Shown here piece after piece: positions 8,279 to 20,391 of a DNA stretch of 64,000 nt. Location of the stretch: NCBI GenBank assembly GCA_965248695.1, contig CBDFKD010000002.1:4960001-5024000 (forward strand). Reading direction: 5' to 3'. Positions within the stretch are counted from its first letter, which is position 1. The number at the start of each line of letters is the position of its first letter. Source of the DNA: Acidobacteriota bacterium. GTDB lineage: Bacteria > Acidobacteriota > UBA890 > WLXD01. A program made the position numbers and the translations under genes. The notes below the pieces were generated by a model, which worked only from the letters and a program-made list of their open reading frames with translations, was not told the origin of the DNA and ran no database searches.

Positions 8279-10710
8279 AGCGACGCCAGGAACGTCGAGT
8301 CCACCAGCACCCTGCGCGGCTTGGAGCCGCTAGGTGGCCCGACGATTCCTTCTTGCTCCATCATGTCCATGATGCGGCCGGCGCGCGCGTACCCGAGGCT
8401 GAGCTTCCGCTGGATATTGGAGACCGATGCCTCGCCCGCGTTCACCACCACCCTCACGGCCTCGACGAAGAACTCGTCGCGCGCCGAGGTGCCGCGCTTG
8501 CCCTTGCCGGGTGCGTCCGGAGGCACTTGCGTCACTTCCTCCGAATAGGCCGGCCGCGCCTGGTCGCGCCAGAAATTGACCACCGACTTCACTTCCTGCT
8601 CCGTGACGAAGGCGCCGTGCACGCGTGAGAGGCGCGATGTTCCGGGCGCCAGGAACAACATGTCGCCGCGACCGAGCAGCGTCTCTGCGCCTTGTGTGTC
8701 GAGAATCACCCGGGAGTCGACGCGCGAAGCGACGCGGAAGCTGATCCGCGCCGGCAGATTGTTCTTGATCACGCCGGTCAGCACGTCAACGGACGGTCGC
8801 TGGGTAGCCAGAATCAGATGGATACCGACTGCGCGGGCCATCTGCGACAACCGGATAATGGATTCTTCGACAACGTTGGAGGCGGTCATCATCAGGTCGG
8901 CAAGCTCGTCGATGATCACCACGATGTAAGGGAGCGGCTTGAGCTCTTCGGCGCCGTCGTCGAGCTCACCGAGCTCCTCTCCGCCGCGCTTCAGGATCAG
9001 GTTGAACTGATCGATGCTGCGCACGCCGTACTCCGCCAGGAGCTTGTAGCGTCGTTCCATCTCGCGTACGGCCCAGCACAGAGCGTTGGCTGCCAGCTTC
9101 GGCTCGACAACCACCGAGGTGAGCAGGTGCGGAATATCCTGGTACAAACCGAACTCGAGACGCTTCGGATCGATCAGGACGACCTTCACCTCGTCCGGCG
9201 TCGCCTTGTAGAGCAGGCTCAACAGCATGCAGTTGAGGGCCACGCTCTTGCCGGCCCCGGTGGTGCCGGCGATCAGGAGATGCGGCATGCGGGCCAGATC
9301 CGTGACCGTGGTTTCCCCGTGGATCTGCTTGCCGAGTGCCAGGGTGAGCTTCGACTTGGAGTTGTAGAACTCGGCCGATTCGAGGATGTCCCGGAACCCG
9401 ATCGTGGCGCGATCGTTGTTGGGTACCTCGATGCCAACGGTAGCTTTACCTGGCAGGCGCGCGATCCGGATCGATTCCGCCTTCAGCGCCAGGCTGAGAT
9501 CTTCTTCCAGGTTGGTGATGCGGCTGTACTTCACGCCAGTGCCCGGACGGAACTCGAAGGTCGTGACCACCGGCCCCGGATGGATAGCCACCACCTCGCC
9601 CGTGACGCGGAACTCGGCTGCCTTGGAGGTGATCGCCTTGGCCTTCTCCATCAGCTCTTTCTGGTCGATCGCCTGGCTGACGTCCGTCTGCTCTAGCAGG
9701 TCGGTGTCTGGAAGCGCGTAGTTGCCATCGGGGCCGGCGGGCTGCTCGAACGGCAACGACGCAGCCTCGGCGGGGTCCGGCAGCTCTATGCGTGGCATTG
9801 CGGCATCGCTGTCGGCATCGAGGCCGGGATCGGACTCCAGCAGTAGCTCCGGAATAGGCGCCCCGACGCGGGCGGCCTTGACCGGAACCCTCAGGGTCAG
9901 CAGGGCGCCGGGCTCAGTGAAGTCGGGTACTGGTTCCGGCTTGTCATCATCCCCGTGCCGGGCGGCGTATTTCTTGATCACGTCGCGACGCTGGCGCGTC
10001 TTCCGGCGCCGCTCTCGCCAGCGTGCCGTGGCGGTGCGGCCCTGCCTGACGCTGGCGGCGCATCCGGCCCACAGAATCGTTGCGCCGCGTGCCAGCGACA
10101 GCTTGGTGACGGCGACGAGCGCCAACAACGAGGCGGTGGCGGCCACCAGTGGCCCGCCTGCGGATCCGAAAGCACCCTGCATCGTGAGCCCACCAGACAC
10201 GCCAAGCAGGCCACCGGCGGGCGACGGGCGACCCCCGAGCCAAACCTCCCCGAGGGCGTAGTGCGCCAGGACGCAGCCGAAGCCGACGAAAGCAACGAGA
10301 CCGATGGACTTGGTGATCACCGCGGGGACGTAGTCACCCCGAATGCGACACCAACCGGCGACACCGCAGGTGGCTACTCCGACCCAGGCACCGATTCCGA
10401 GCATCTGGAATGCCAAGGCGGCGAGTGTAGCCCCTACCGTACCGCCCAGATTTTTCGGTGGGTCGCCGGCGATGTGGATGAAAAGGTCGCCGTCGGCGGC
10501 GTCGTAGGAGTACAGCGAAATGAGCAAGAACGCTGCGGCAGCGAGCACGGTCATGCCGATGAACTCGCCGCTGCGGCTGGGGTTGCGAGCTTTGGATGCG
10601 GATCGCCGCTTGGACGACGCTCTCGTACGGGCCGTGCGTGCTTGCGCTCTGGTCTTGCGCGCCGCGCTCTTGCGGGCCGTGCCTATCCGAGCAGTGCTTA
10701 TCCGAGCCAA
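8275..10710 (-). CDS. ftsK: DNA translocase FtsK/SpoIIIE
   Basis: N-terminal TM segments, PHLLIAGTTGAGKS Walker A, IIDELADLM, ATQRPSVDV, gamma domain; TTG start behind AGAGG chosen. Confidence 0.95.
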   Translation of the reverse strand: MARISTARIGTARKSAARKTRAQARTARTRASSKRRSASKARNPSRSGEFIGMTVLAAAAFLLISLYSYDAADGDLFIHIAGDPPKNLGGTVGATLAALAFQMLGIGAWVGVATCGVAGWCRIRGDYVPAVITKSIGLVAFVGFGCVLAHYALGEVWLGGRPSPAGGLLGVSGGLTMQGAFGSAGGPLVAATASLLALVAVTKLSLARGATILWAGCAASVRQGRTATARWRERRRKTRQRRDVIKKYAARHGDDDKPEPVPDFTEPGALLTLRVPVKAARVGAPIPELLLESDPGLDADSDAAMPRIELPDPAEAASLPFEQPAGPDGNYALPDTDLLEQTDVSQAIDQKELMEKAKAITSKAAEFRVTGEVVAIHPGPVVTTFEFRPGTGVKYSRITNLEEDLSLALKAESIRIARLPGKATVGIEVPNNDRATIGFRDILESAEFYNSKSKLTLALGKQIHGETTVTDLARMPHLLIAGTTGAGKSVALNCMLLSLLYKATPDEVKVVLIDPKRLEFGLYQDIPHLLTSVVVEPKLAANALCWAVREMERRYKLLAEYGVRSIDQFNLILKRGGEELGELDDGAEELKPLPYIVVIIDELADLMMTASNVVEESIIRLSQMARAVGIHLILATQRPSVDVLTGVIKNNLPARISFRVASRVDSRVILDTQGAETLLGRGDMLFLAPGTSRLSRVHGAFVTEQEVKSVVNFWRDQARPAYSEEVTQVPPDAPGKGKRGTSARDEFFVEAVRVVVNAGEASVSNIQRKLSLGYARAGRIMDMMEQEGIVGPPSGSKPRRVLVDSTFLASL

Positions 10711-10757
10711 TGCCTGACCTCTGATGTCAGTACGTTGGTCTCGGCCGGCTTTCGCCC

Positions 10758-11564
10758 CTACCGCGCGGCCGCGAGCAACACCAGCGCTCCGAGCCAACAG
10801 TACCATCCGAAACGGTACCACCAGCCAACTCGGGTAGCGCGATGAACGAACCCGATGCAAAAGTAACCAACGAGCCCGGCGGCAAGAGTAGCAAACAGTA
10901 CGTGGCTGAACAAGAGCGTGGCGGGGGACGATGAGAGGCTCGATTGCACAGCATCGAGCACCGACGCCGCGAGGATCGCCGGGACTGACAGGAGGAGCGA
11001 GAAGGTCACCGCCTGGGCTGGCGGCACCCTCGCCAGCAGCGCCACGCTTATCGTCAAGCCGGAGCGCGATACTCCGGGGAAGATGGCGATCCCCTGGGCG
11101 AGTCCGATGAGCAGCGCTGTCCTCCATCTCAGTGGCCCAGTGGCAGCCGGGCGTAGACGCGACGCCATCAGGAAAGCGCCCGACAGCGCCAGCCCGGCAG
11201 CGATGGCGTGCAGGCTGTCGAACGCCGCATGAACGAAGTTGCGCGCCAGCATTCCGACCACGACGGTCGGCAGGCTGCCTACCAGCAGCAGCAGCCACCA
11301 TTGTTCTCTTTCGATACCGAGCAGGGCGGGTCCGGGCCGGTGTTTGAACAGGCTTGCGACCAGGTCGCGATGGTAGATCAGCACCGCGATCGTGGTTCCC
11401 AGATGGGTGGCGAGCTCGAGGGTGACGCCAGCGTAGGCCGTGCTGGGGAAGAGCAGCTGCGCCGCCCCCAGGTGTCCGCTGCTGGACACGGGCAGGAACT
11501 CGGTGAGTCCCTGGAGGACACCGAGGAGGATGGCGGCGCTGAGCGTGGGCCCTGAGGCGTTCAT
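10758..11564 (-). CDS. uppP: Undecaprenyl-diphosphatase
   Basis: LGVLQGLTEFLPVSSSGHL and PGVSRSG motifs. Confidence 0.96.
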   Translation of the reverse strand: MNASGPTLSAAILLGVLQGLTEFLPVSSSGHLGAAQLLFPSTAYAGVTLELATHLGTTIAVLIYHRDLVASLFKHRPGPALLGIEREQWWLLLLVGSLPTVVVGMLARNFVHAAFDSLHAIAAGLALSGAFLMASRLRPAATGPLRWRTALLIGLAQGIAIFPGVSRSGLTISVALLARVPPAQAVTFSLLLSVPAILAASVLDAVQSSLSSSPATLLFSHVLFATLAAGLVGYFCIGFVHRATRVGWWYRFGWYCWLGALVLLAAAR

Positions 11565-12352
11565 GGTGCCAACGACGGTAGTGCGGCCGCGAGCGTACGC
11601 CACCGAGGCGGTGCCACGGTCTCGGCGCGTGCATCGCCCGGTAGACCGATGTCTTTGCAGGCACCGGCGGCGGTCCCGGCATGCCAGCCGGCGAGCACCA
11701 GACCGTTGACGAGCGTCTTGCGGCGATGGGTGAAGCCCGCTTCGAGGGTACGTATCTCGTGCGCCGATGGGGCCGGTGATGCCGACACCGGGCGCGGCGT
11801 CAGCCGTACGAAGGCCGAGTCGACCCTCGGTGCCGGCCTGAAGGAGCCTGCGGTCAGGCGCTTGACTACTTCGACCTCGAACTCCCACTGGAGGCGCACG
11901 GAAAGGACCCCGTACGACTTGCTGCCCGATGCGCTGCCGGCGCGATCGGCGACCTCGCGCTGCAGCATGTAGTGAGCATCGACGATGTCCGTTCGGTGCG
12001 TTGCCGTCCAACGCAGGAAGGGGCCACTGAGGTTATAAGGGAGGTTGCCGACCAGCCGTACCGCATCGTCCTGCCAGGGCAGCTCCGTGTCGGCCGTCAG
12101 CGCGTCGCCGCATATCAAGTCGAGGGTCGCCTCGGCGTACCGGCGGCGGAGCTCCGCACAACGTTCGGGGTCGATCTCTACCGCCACCACCATCGCCCCT
12201 CGGCGCAGCAATGCGCCGGTCAGGCGGCCCGTCCCGGGACCGATCTCGATGAAGGTTTCACCTGAGCTCGGCTTGATCGTCGTGACGAGAAGCTCGGCCA
12301 GGGCGTCACTCGCCAGCCAATGTTGCCCCCACTTCTTCTTGGCGATCGCCAT
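11561..12352 (-). CDS. rsmA: 16S rRNA adenine dimethyltransferase
   Basis: KKKWGQHWL, EIGPGTG, VGNLPYN, FRPAPRVDS. Confidence 0.96.
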   Translation of the reverse strand: MAIAKKKWGQHWLASDALAELLVTTIKPSSGETFIEIGPGTGRLTGALLRRGAMVVAVEIDPERCAELRRRYAEATLDLICGDALTADTELPWQDDAVRLVGNLPYNLSGPFLRWTATHRTDIVDAHYMLQREVADRAGSASGSKSYGVLSVRLQWEFEVEVVKRLTAGSFRPAPRVDSAFVRLTPRPVSASPAPSAHEIRTLEAGFTHRRKTLVNGLVLAGWHAGTAAGACKDIGLPGDARAETVAPPRWRTLAAALPSLAP

Positions 12353-12359
12353 CGGCTGG

Positions 12360-12365
12360 ATTATA
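12360..12365 (-). promoter_or_regulatory. Consensus -10 box TATAAT 7 nt before rsmA ATG (leaderless-type promoter)
   Basis: Minus strand reads TATAAT-ccagccg-ATG with no RBS. Confidence 0.7.
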
Positions 12366-12452
12366 GGCGCTTGGCGGGCGCCTACCGCCCCGCCGAGGAC
12401 CGACTCGGTGCGTTGACAGGTCGCCAGCGCCGCGTTTTCATTACCCATCTCG

Positions 12453-12729
12453 CTAGTGGCCTGTAACAGATGAACGCTACGTATCGCAGATGGGATTTGC
12501 GGGTGAGATCAAGGCGCGGCGAGGAAGGCGATGCAATGGGCATCGTCGAGGAGGCGCAACGCCGATATCGCCTGCAACTGCCCAACTGTCCGGAGGATGA
12601 TAGCGAAATCGGCCCGTCTGCGGCGTTGCCCCTCCTCGAAGATGGGCAAACATCGTCTCGTCGGTGCGCCTGGCATCCGGACCCATTTCGCCACCACATA
12701 GGCAACGTTCATCTGTTACAGGCCACTAG
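12453..12729 (+). mobile_element. Full MITE-like element, 277 bp, 24-bp perfect terminal inverted repeats including CTAG
   Basis: CTAGTGGCCTGTAACAGATGAACG ... CGTTCATCTGTTACAGGCCACTAG; no transposase; homologous copies elsewhere in the window. Confidence 0.92.
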
Positions 12730-12807
12730 AATCGCCGGTACAGCCTGCCAGAGCCAAGCTCGCGCACCGCCAGGCGATTTCCCCGCAACGACGATCGATC
12801 GAGATCA

Positions 12808-15485
<2,678 letters not shown>

Positions 15486-15489
<4 letters not shown>

Positions 15490-16318
15490 CGGTCGCGATG
15501 CCGACCAGTGCGCCATCCGGCCTACCGCTGGATATGGAGCGGTGTCGCGACCTGATGGCATCGTCTCGCCTGGCGAGTGAGATCGTGGCTCACCAGACCG
15601 TGACCTCGACGAACTCAGTTGCCCGCCAGCTCGGCCGCGCCGGCGCCAACGACGGGACGCTGGTGATCGCCGAGGAGCAGACGGCTGGCCGCGGCCGCCG
15701 TCGGCGTCGCTGGAATCTCCCCCCTGCTTGGGTCTTTACGCCTCGCTGCTGCTTCGTCCGGCGAGCGCTTCGGCGGAATACGCCAATGCGGTGCAGTTGG
15801 CGGCGGGCATTGCGGTCGCAGAGGCGCTGGCGCACGTCCAGCCGCACGCCCCCGAGCTCATTTGGCCGAACGACTGCTACTGCCTCGGACAGAAGGTTGC
15901 CGGCGTGCTCGTTGAGGCGGAGGCGATGGGGCCACAGTTGGAGTTTCTCGTCTGCGGCATCGGCATCAACGTGAACCAGAAGCGCAGCGATTTTCCTGAT
16001 CAGCTCAGCGGTGCCACCAGCGCGCGCCTACTGGCTGGCCATGCGATTGACCGCGAAGCGTTGCTGGCACGACTGGTTGTTTCGTTGCAGCAATGGGATG
16101 ACGTTGCGCGTCAGTTCGGGCTAGAGCCGGTGATCGAGCGCTGGACCGCGCTGGCGCCGGCCGCAACCGGTACTGTGGTGGACGTCAGCACGGTCGATGG
16201 TCTCTTGCACGGTCGGTGTGCCGGACTGTCATCGAGCGGCGCCCTCAAGATCGTCGCCGACGGCCGCACCCACGAGGTAGCGGTCGGGGAGTTGATCCGG
16301 GTAAGGAGACGATTGTGA
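15486..16318 (+). pseudogene. birA: Biotin-protein ligase split by a 1-bp frameshift near 15712 (pseudogene or sequencing error)
   Basis: STN..AEEQTAGRGR in one frame; GLYASLLLRP, WPND, KVAGVL, GIGINV in another; adding one G gives RWESPPCLGLY. Confidence 0.88.
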
Positions 16319-17574
16319 GCTTGAAGGCGATTCGCGGCACTCGCGACATCCTGCCGGGTGAGGTCGAGCGCTGGCAGCTCGTCGAGGCGGCCGCTCGCGA
16401 GGTGTTCGCGCTCTATGGCTTCCGGGAGATGCGGACGCCGATCTTCGAGGACAGCGCGGTGTTCTTGAAGGGCACCGGAGAAGCCACCGACATCGTGCAG
16501 AAAGAGATGTACCGCTTCGAGGATCTCGGCGGCAACGATCTGACGCTCCGCCCCGAGGGCACACCCCCGGTGATTCGTGCCTATCTCGAGCACGGGCTGA
16601 GCCAGGGGCTGTCGATGGATCGCTTCTACTACGTCGGTCCGATGTTCCGCTACGAGCGCCCGCAGAAGGGTCGATTTCGTCAATTCCATCAGATCGGCGT
16701 GGAGGCGCTCGGATCGGCTTCGCCGCGTGTCGACGCCGAGATCATGGAAATGGCGATGCGGTGGTTGGGCCAGCTCGATGTCCACGCGCCACGGCTGACG
16801 CTCAACACGGTCGGCGACCAGGAAACCCGGACGGCCTACCTGGCAGAGCTGGTGCGCGCTCAGACGGAGCACCTGGACGCTCTGTGCGGGGACTGTCACC
16901 GTCGGCACGCGACCAACCCGCTGCGGGTATTCGACTGCAAGATCCCGGGGTGCCAACCGATCCTCGATCTGCTGCCGACCATCCACGCGTCGCTGTCGGC
17001 AAGCTCGGCCCGACATTTCGAGCGCGTACAGCAGTTGCTCGACCGCTGGGGCGTCGAGTTCCGGCTGGAACCGCGGCTCGTTCGCGGTCTGGACTACTAC
17101 CGGGAGACCGTCTTCGAGATCACCTCGGAGGCACTCGGTGCGCAGGACTCGCTTCTCGGCGGCGGCAGGTACGACGGGCTGGTGGCGCAGATGGGTGGTG
17201 AGGATCGTCCCGGGACCGGCTTCGCCTCCGGTGTCGAACGGATCCTCCTGGCAATGCCCGAGGCGGCGGAGTCCTTCGCGGCGGATGTTTTCGTCGTCGC
17301 TTTCGATAAGCCATCGACGGCCGTGGTGCATGAGCTGGTACATGGCCTGCGCGCGGCGGGGGTACGCACGCTCAGCGCTGCCTACGACGAGCGCAACAAG
17401 AAGGCACAATCGCGAGCGGCGAAGCGATCGGGTGCTCCATGGCAGCTCGTTGTGGGGCCGGATGAAATTGCTGCGGGTCAGTACACTCTCAAGCGGATCA
17501 CTGACGGCGAGCGCGTACAGATCGACGCCACCGAGCTGCCCGCAAGGGTTGCGGAGCTGTTGAAGGCCCCGTAG
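16315..17574 (+). CDS. hisS: Histidine-tRNA ligase
   Basis: RGTRD, LRPEGT, FRYERPQKGRFRQFHQ, LVRGLDYY, GGGRYDGL; GTG after AAGGAG. Confidence 0.98.
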   Translation: MSLKAIRGTRDILPGEVERWQLVEAAAREVFALYGFREMRTPIFEDSAVFLKGTGEATDIVQKEMYRFEDLGGNDLTLRPEGTPPVIRAYLEHGLSQGLSMDRFYYVGPMFRYERPQKGRFRQFHQIGVEALGSASPRVDAEIMEMAMRWLGQLDVHAPRLTLNTVGDQETRTAYLAELVRAQTEHLDALCGDCHRRHATNPLRVFDCKIPGCQPILDLLPTIHASLSASSARHFERVQQLLDRWGVEFRLEPRLVRGLDYYRETVFEITSEALGAQDSLLGGGRYDGLVAQMGGEDRPGTGFASGVERILLAMPEAAESFAADVFVVAFDKPSTAVVHELVHGLRAAGVRTLSAAYDERNKKAQSRAAKRSGAPWQLVVGPDEIAAGQYTLKRITDGERVQIDATELPARVAELLKAP

Positions 17575-17591
17575 CCAGCGACGAGGAACGC

Positions 17592-19388
17592 ATGCGCAGA
17601 ACCCATCGCTGTGGAGAGATCTCACGTGACCAGATCGGGGCATCCGTGTGCCTGCAGGGCTGGGTCTGGCATCGTCGCGATCTCGGCGGGCTGATCTTCG
17701 TTGACCTGCGCGACCGTGCCGGCTGGATTCAGTGTGTCCTCAACCCCGAAGAGGCCTCGGAGGCGCACGGCACGGCCGGTGACTGGCGGCCGGAGTACGT
17801 CGTCGAGGTGCGGGGCGTCGTCGTCGCGCGGTCGGAGGAGACGATCAATCCCGTCGTTGCGAACGGTGACGTGGAGGTCCGCGTCGAGGACGTGGCGACC
17901 ATATCCACCTCAGATACGCCCCCGTTCGTCATCGAGGAGGACGCGCGCGCCTCCGAAGAGCTCCGCCTGCGTGAGCGCTTCCTCGATCTGCGACGGCCGC
18001 CCATGCAATCGGCCCTGGCGTTGAGGCATCGGCTGGCTATGGCAACGCGCGCAGTGCTCGACGAACAGGGGTTTCTCGAGATCGAGACGCCCATGTTGAC
18101 GCGCTCCACGCCCGAGGGTGCGCGTGACTACCTGGTGCCCAGTCGGGTGCACCCGGGCAGCTTCTATGCGCTTCCGCAGAGCCCGCAGCTGTTCAAACAG
18201 CTGCTGATGGTGTCCGGCTTCGACCGTTACTTCCAGATCGTGCGCTGCTTCCGCGATGAGGATCTGCGCGCTGATCGGCAGCCGGAGTTCACCCAAATAG
18301 ATATCGAGATGAGCTTCGTCGAAGCGCACGACGTTCGGGCGGTGGCAGAGTCCCTGATGATGCAGATCCTGACCGCCAGTGGGCACGAGGTGGCGCCGGG
18401 ATTCCCGCAGCTGAGCTTTCGCGAGGCGATCGATCGCTTCGGCTCCGATCGACCCGACATGCGATACGCAAACGAGCTCGCAGACGTCACCGAGCACTTC
18501 GCCGCCAGCGGCTTCCGCGCCTTTGCCGACGTTGCCTCGGCCGGTGGTGCCGTCAAGGCGCTGCGCGTTCCTGGCGCGGCGAGCTGGGGACGGGCGCGTT
18601 TCGACAAGCTCACCGAGGCGGCGCGCGAGTGTGGTGCCAAGGGACTGGTCTGGGCAAAGCGGGCCGATGGAGAGATCAGCTCTCCGATCGCCAAGTTTCT
18701 CGAGGCGGGCGTGCTGGAGTCGGTGCTGGATGGCTGTGGGGTGGAGAACGGAGACGCCGTGCTCCTGGTGGGCGACCGGTGGGAGGTAGCCGCTACCACG
18801 CTCGGCACGCTGCGCACGTCGCTCGCCAGGTCGGAGGGTTGGATCGGATCCGGGTTGTGTTTCTTGTGGGTCAATGAATTTCCGCTCCTCGAGTCCACTG
18901 CCGAAGCCGGCCGCCTGACCGCGCGTCATCATCCGTTCACATCGCCGGTGGACGAGGACCTGCACCTACTGGAAAGCGATCCGCTGGCGGTCAGGGCGCA
19001 GTCGTATGATCTGGTGCTCAACGGTGTCGAGCTTGGCGGCGGGAGCATCAGGATTCATCGAGGTGATGTGCAGCAGCGCGTCTTCGCTGCGCTGGGCGTC
19101 GATGACCACGAGGCGAGGGAGAAGTTCGGCTTCCTGCTGCGCGCGCTTCGCTACGGTGCCCCCCCTCACGGTGGCATTGCCCTGGGCTTCGATCGTATCG
19201 TGATGATGATGGCGGCGAAGAAGAGCTTGCGAGATGTCATTGCGTTCCCGAAGACCACACGCGCCTCGGATCTCCTGACCGAGGCGCCTGGCCCAGCGTC
19301 GGACGAACAGCTGCAAGAGCTACATATCCGCGTCAAGGCGTTGCCGTCCCCGGCAGACGCCGGAGAAGAGTCGGATGACGCAGGGTAA
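17592..19388 (+). CDS. aspS: Aspartate-tRNA ligase
   Basis: RRDLGGLIFVDLRD, TPEGARDYLVPSR, ALPQSPQLFKQ, GAPPHGG. Confidence 0.98.
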   Translation: MRRTHRCGEISRDQIGASVCLQGWVWHRRDLGGLIFVDLRDRAGWIQCVLNPEEASEAHGTAGDWRPEYVVEVRGVVVARSEETINPVVANGDVEVRVEDVATISTSDTPPFVIEEDARASEELRLRERFLDLRRPPMQSALALRHRLAMATRAVLDEQGFLEIETPMLTRSTPEGARDYLVPSRVHPGSFYALPQSPQLFKQLLMVSGFDRYFQIVRCFRDEDLRADRQPEFTQIDIEMSFVEAHDVRAVAESLMMQILTASGHEVAPGFPQLSFREAIDRFGSDRPDMRYANELADVTEHFAASGFRAFADVASAGGAVKALRVPGAASWGRARFDKLTEAARECGAKGLVWAKRADGEISSPIAKFLEAGVLESVLDGCGVENGDAVLLVGDRWEVAATTLGTLRTSLARSEGWIGSGLCFLWVNEFPLLESTAEAGRLTARHHPFTSPVDEDLHLLESDPLAVRAQSYDLVLNGVELGGGSIRIHRGDVQQRVFAALGVDDHEAREKFGFLLRALRYGAPPHGGIALGFDRIVMMMAAKKSLRDVIAFPKTTRASDLLTEAPGPASDEQLQELHIRVKALPSPADAGEESDDAG

Positions 19389-20391
19389 GCTGCGCGCCGA
19401 CCCCGGGCGTCGGATCGACCTGGCGGAGCGCACCGCACAGGTGATCTTCGGTATTCACGACGAGAACCTGCAGCTGCTGGAGCGCGAGCTCGGAGTGCAG
19501 ATCTCGGCGCGCGGTCAGGAAGTGTTCCTGGAGGGCGATACGGAGCAGGTCGACATCGCGGCGCGCATCTTGACCGCCCTGGGTCGGGTGGCGGAACGAG
19601 GTCGTGAGATCAAGGTAGCGGAAGTCCGGACGGCGATTCAGGTGGCTACCGAACAGCCGGAGCTATCCATCGAGGACTTCTTCACCGATATCGAGATTCC
19701 GGCATTCAAGGGACGCTCGGTTCGACCAAAGGGGCCGAACCAGCGGCGCTACCTCGAGGCGATTCGGAAGCATGATCTCGTTTTCGCCGTGGGTCCGGCG
19801 GGTACCGGCAAGACATTTCTGGCCATGGCGATGGCCATCGAGGCGCTCAACGCGCGTCGCGTGCGCCGCATCGTGTTGGCGCGCCCGGCGATCGAGGCGG
19901 GCGAGCGCTTGGGGTTCCTGCCGGGCGACATGATCGAGAAGGTCAACCCCTACCTACGACCCCTCTACGACGCGCTGTACTCCCTGGTCGGCTTTGACCG
20001 CGCCGCGCGCCTCATCGAGCGCGATCAGATCGAGATCGCGCCGCTGGCTTTCATGCGAGGCCGAACCCTTGCCGATGCGTTCGTGATCCTCGACGAAGCC
20101 CAGAACACCACCCCGGATCAGATGAAGATGCTGCTGACCCGCCTAGGTCTCAACTCCCGCGCCGTGGTAAACGGCGACGTGACCCAGATCGATCTGCGCG
20201 CGGATCAGCGCTCCGGTCTCGTCGAGGCGAGCACCATGCTTGCCGGCATCGAGGGCATCGCTCACGTCAAGTTCAGTCGAAGCGACGTCGTGCGTCACGA
20301 GCTGGTCAAGCAGATCGTACGCGCCTACGAGCAACACGAGAAGCACGGCGGGACGAGCCGAGCAAGGGCGTCGACAGATCGACATGACTGA
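19375..20391 (+). CDS. PhoH-family ATPase (YbeZ)
   Basis: GPAGTGKT, LGFLPGD, APLAFMRGRT, DEAQN. Confidence 0.95.
   Translation: MTQGKLRADPGRRIDLAERTAQVIFGIHDENLQLLERELGVQISARGQEVFLEGDTEQVDIAARILTALGRVAERGREIKVAEVRTAIQVATEQPELSIEDFFTDIEIPAFKGRSVRPKGPNQRRYLEAIRKHDLVFAVGPAGTGKTFLAMAMAIEALNARRVRRIVLARPAIEAGERLGFLPGDMIEKVNPYLRPLYDALYSLVGFDRAARLIERDQIEIAPLAFMRGRTLADAFVILDEAQNTTPDQMKMLLTRLGLNSRAVVNGDVTQIDLRADQRSGLVEASTMLAGIEGIAHVKFSRSDVVRHELVKQIVRAYEQHEKHGGTSRARASTDRHD

Noticed and set aside
10711-11682. 324-codon N-terminal extension of the ftsK ORF (1135 aa)
   Set aside because: Overlaps uppP in another frame; stop-poor high-GC shadow frame. An RBS plus TTG at 10710 fits better.
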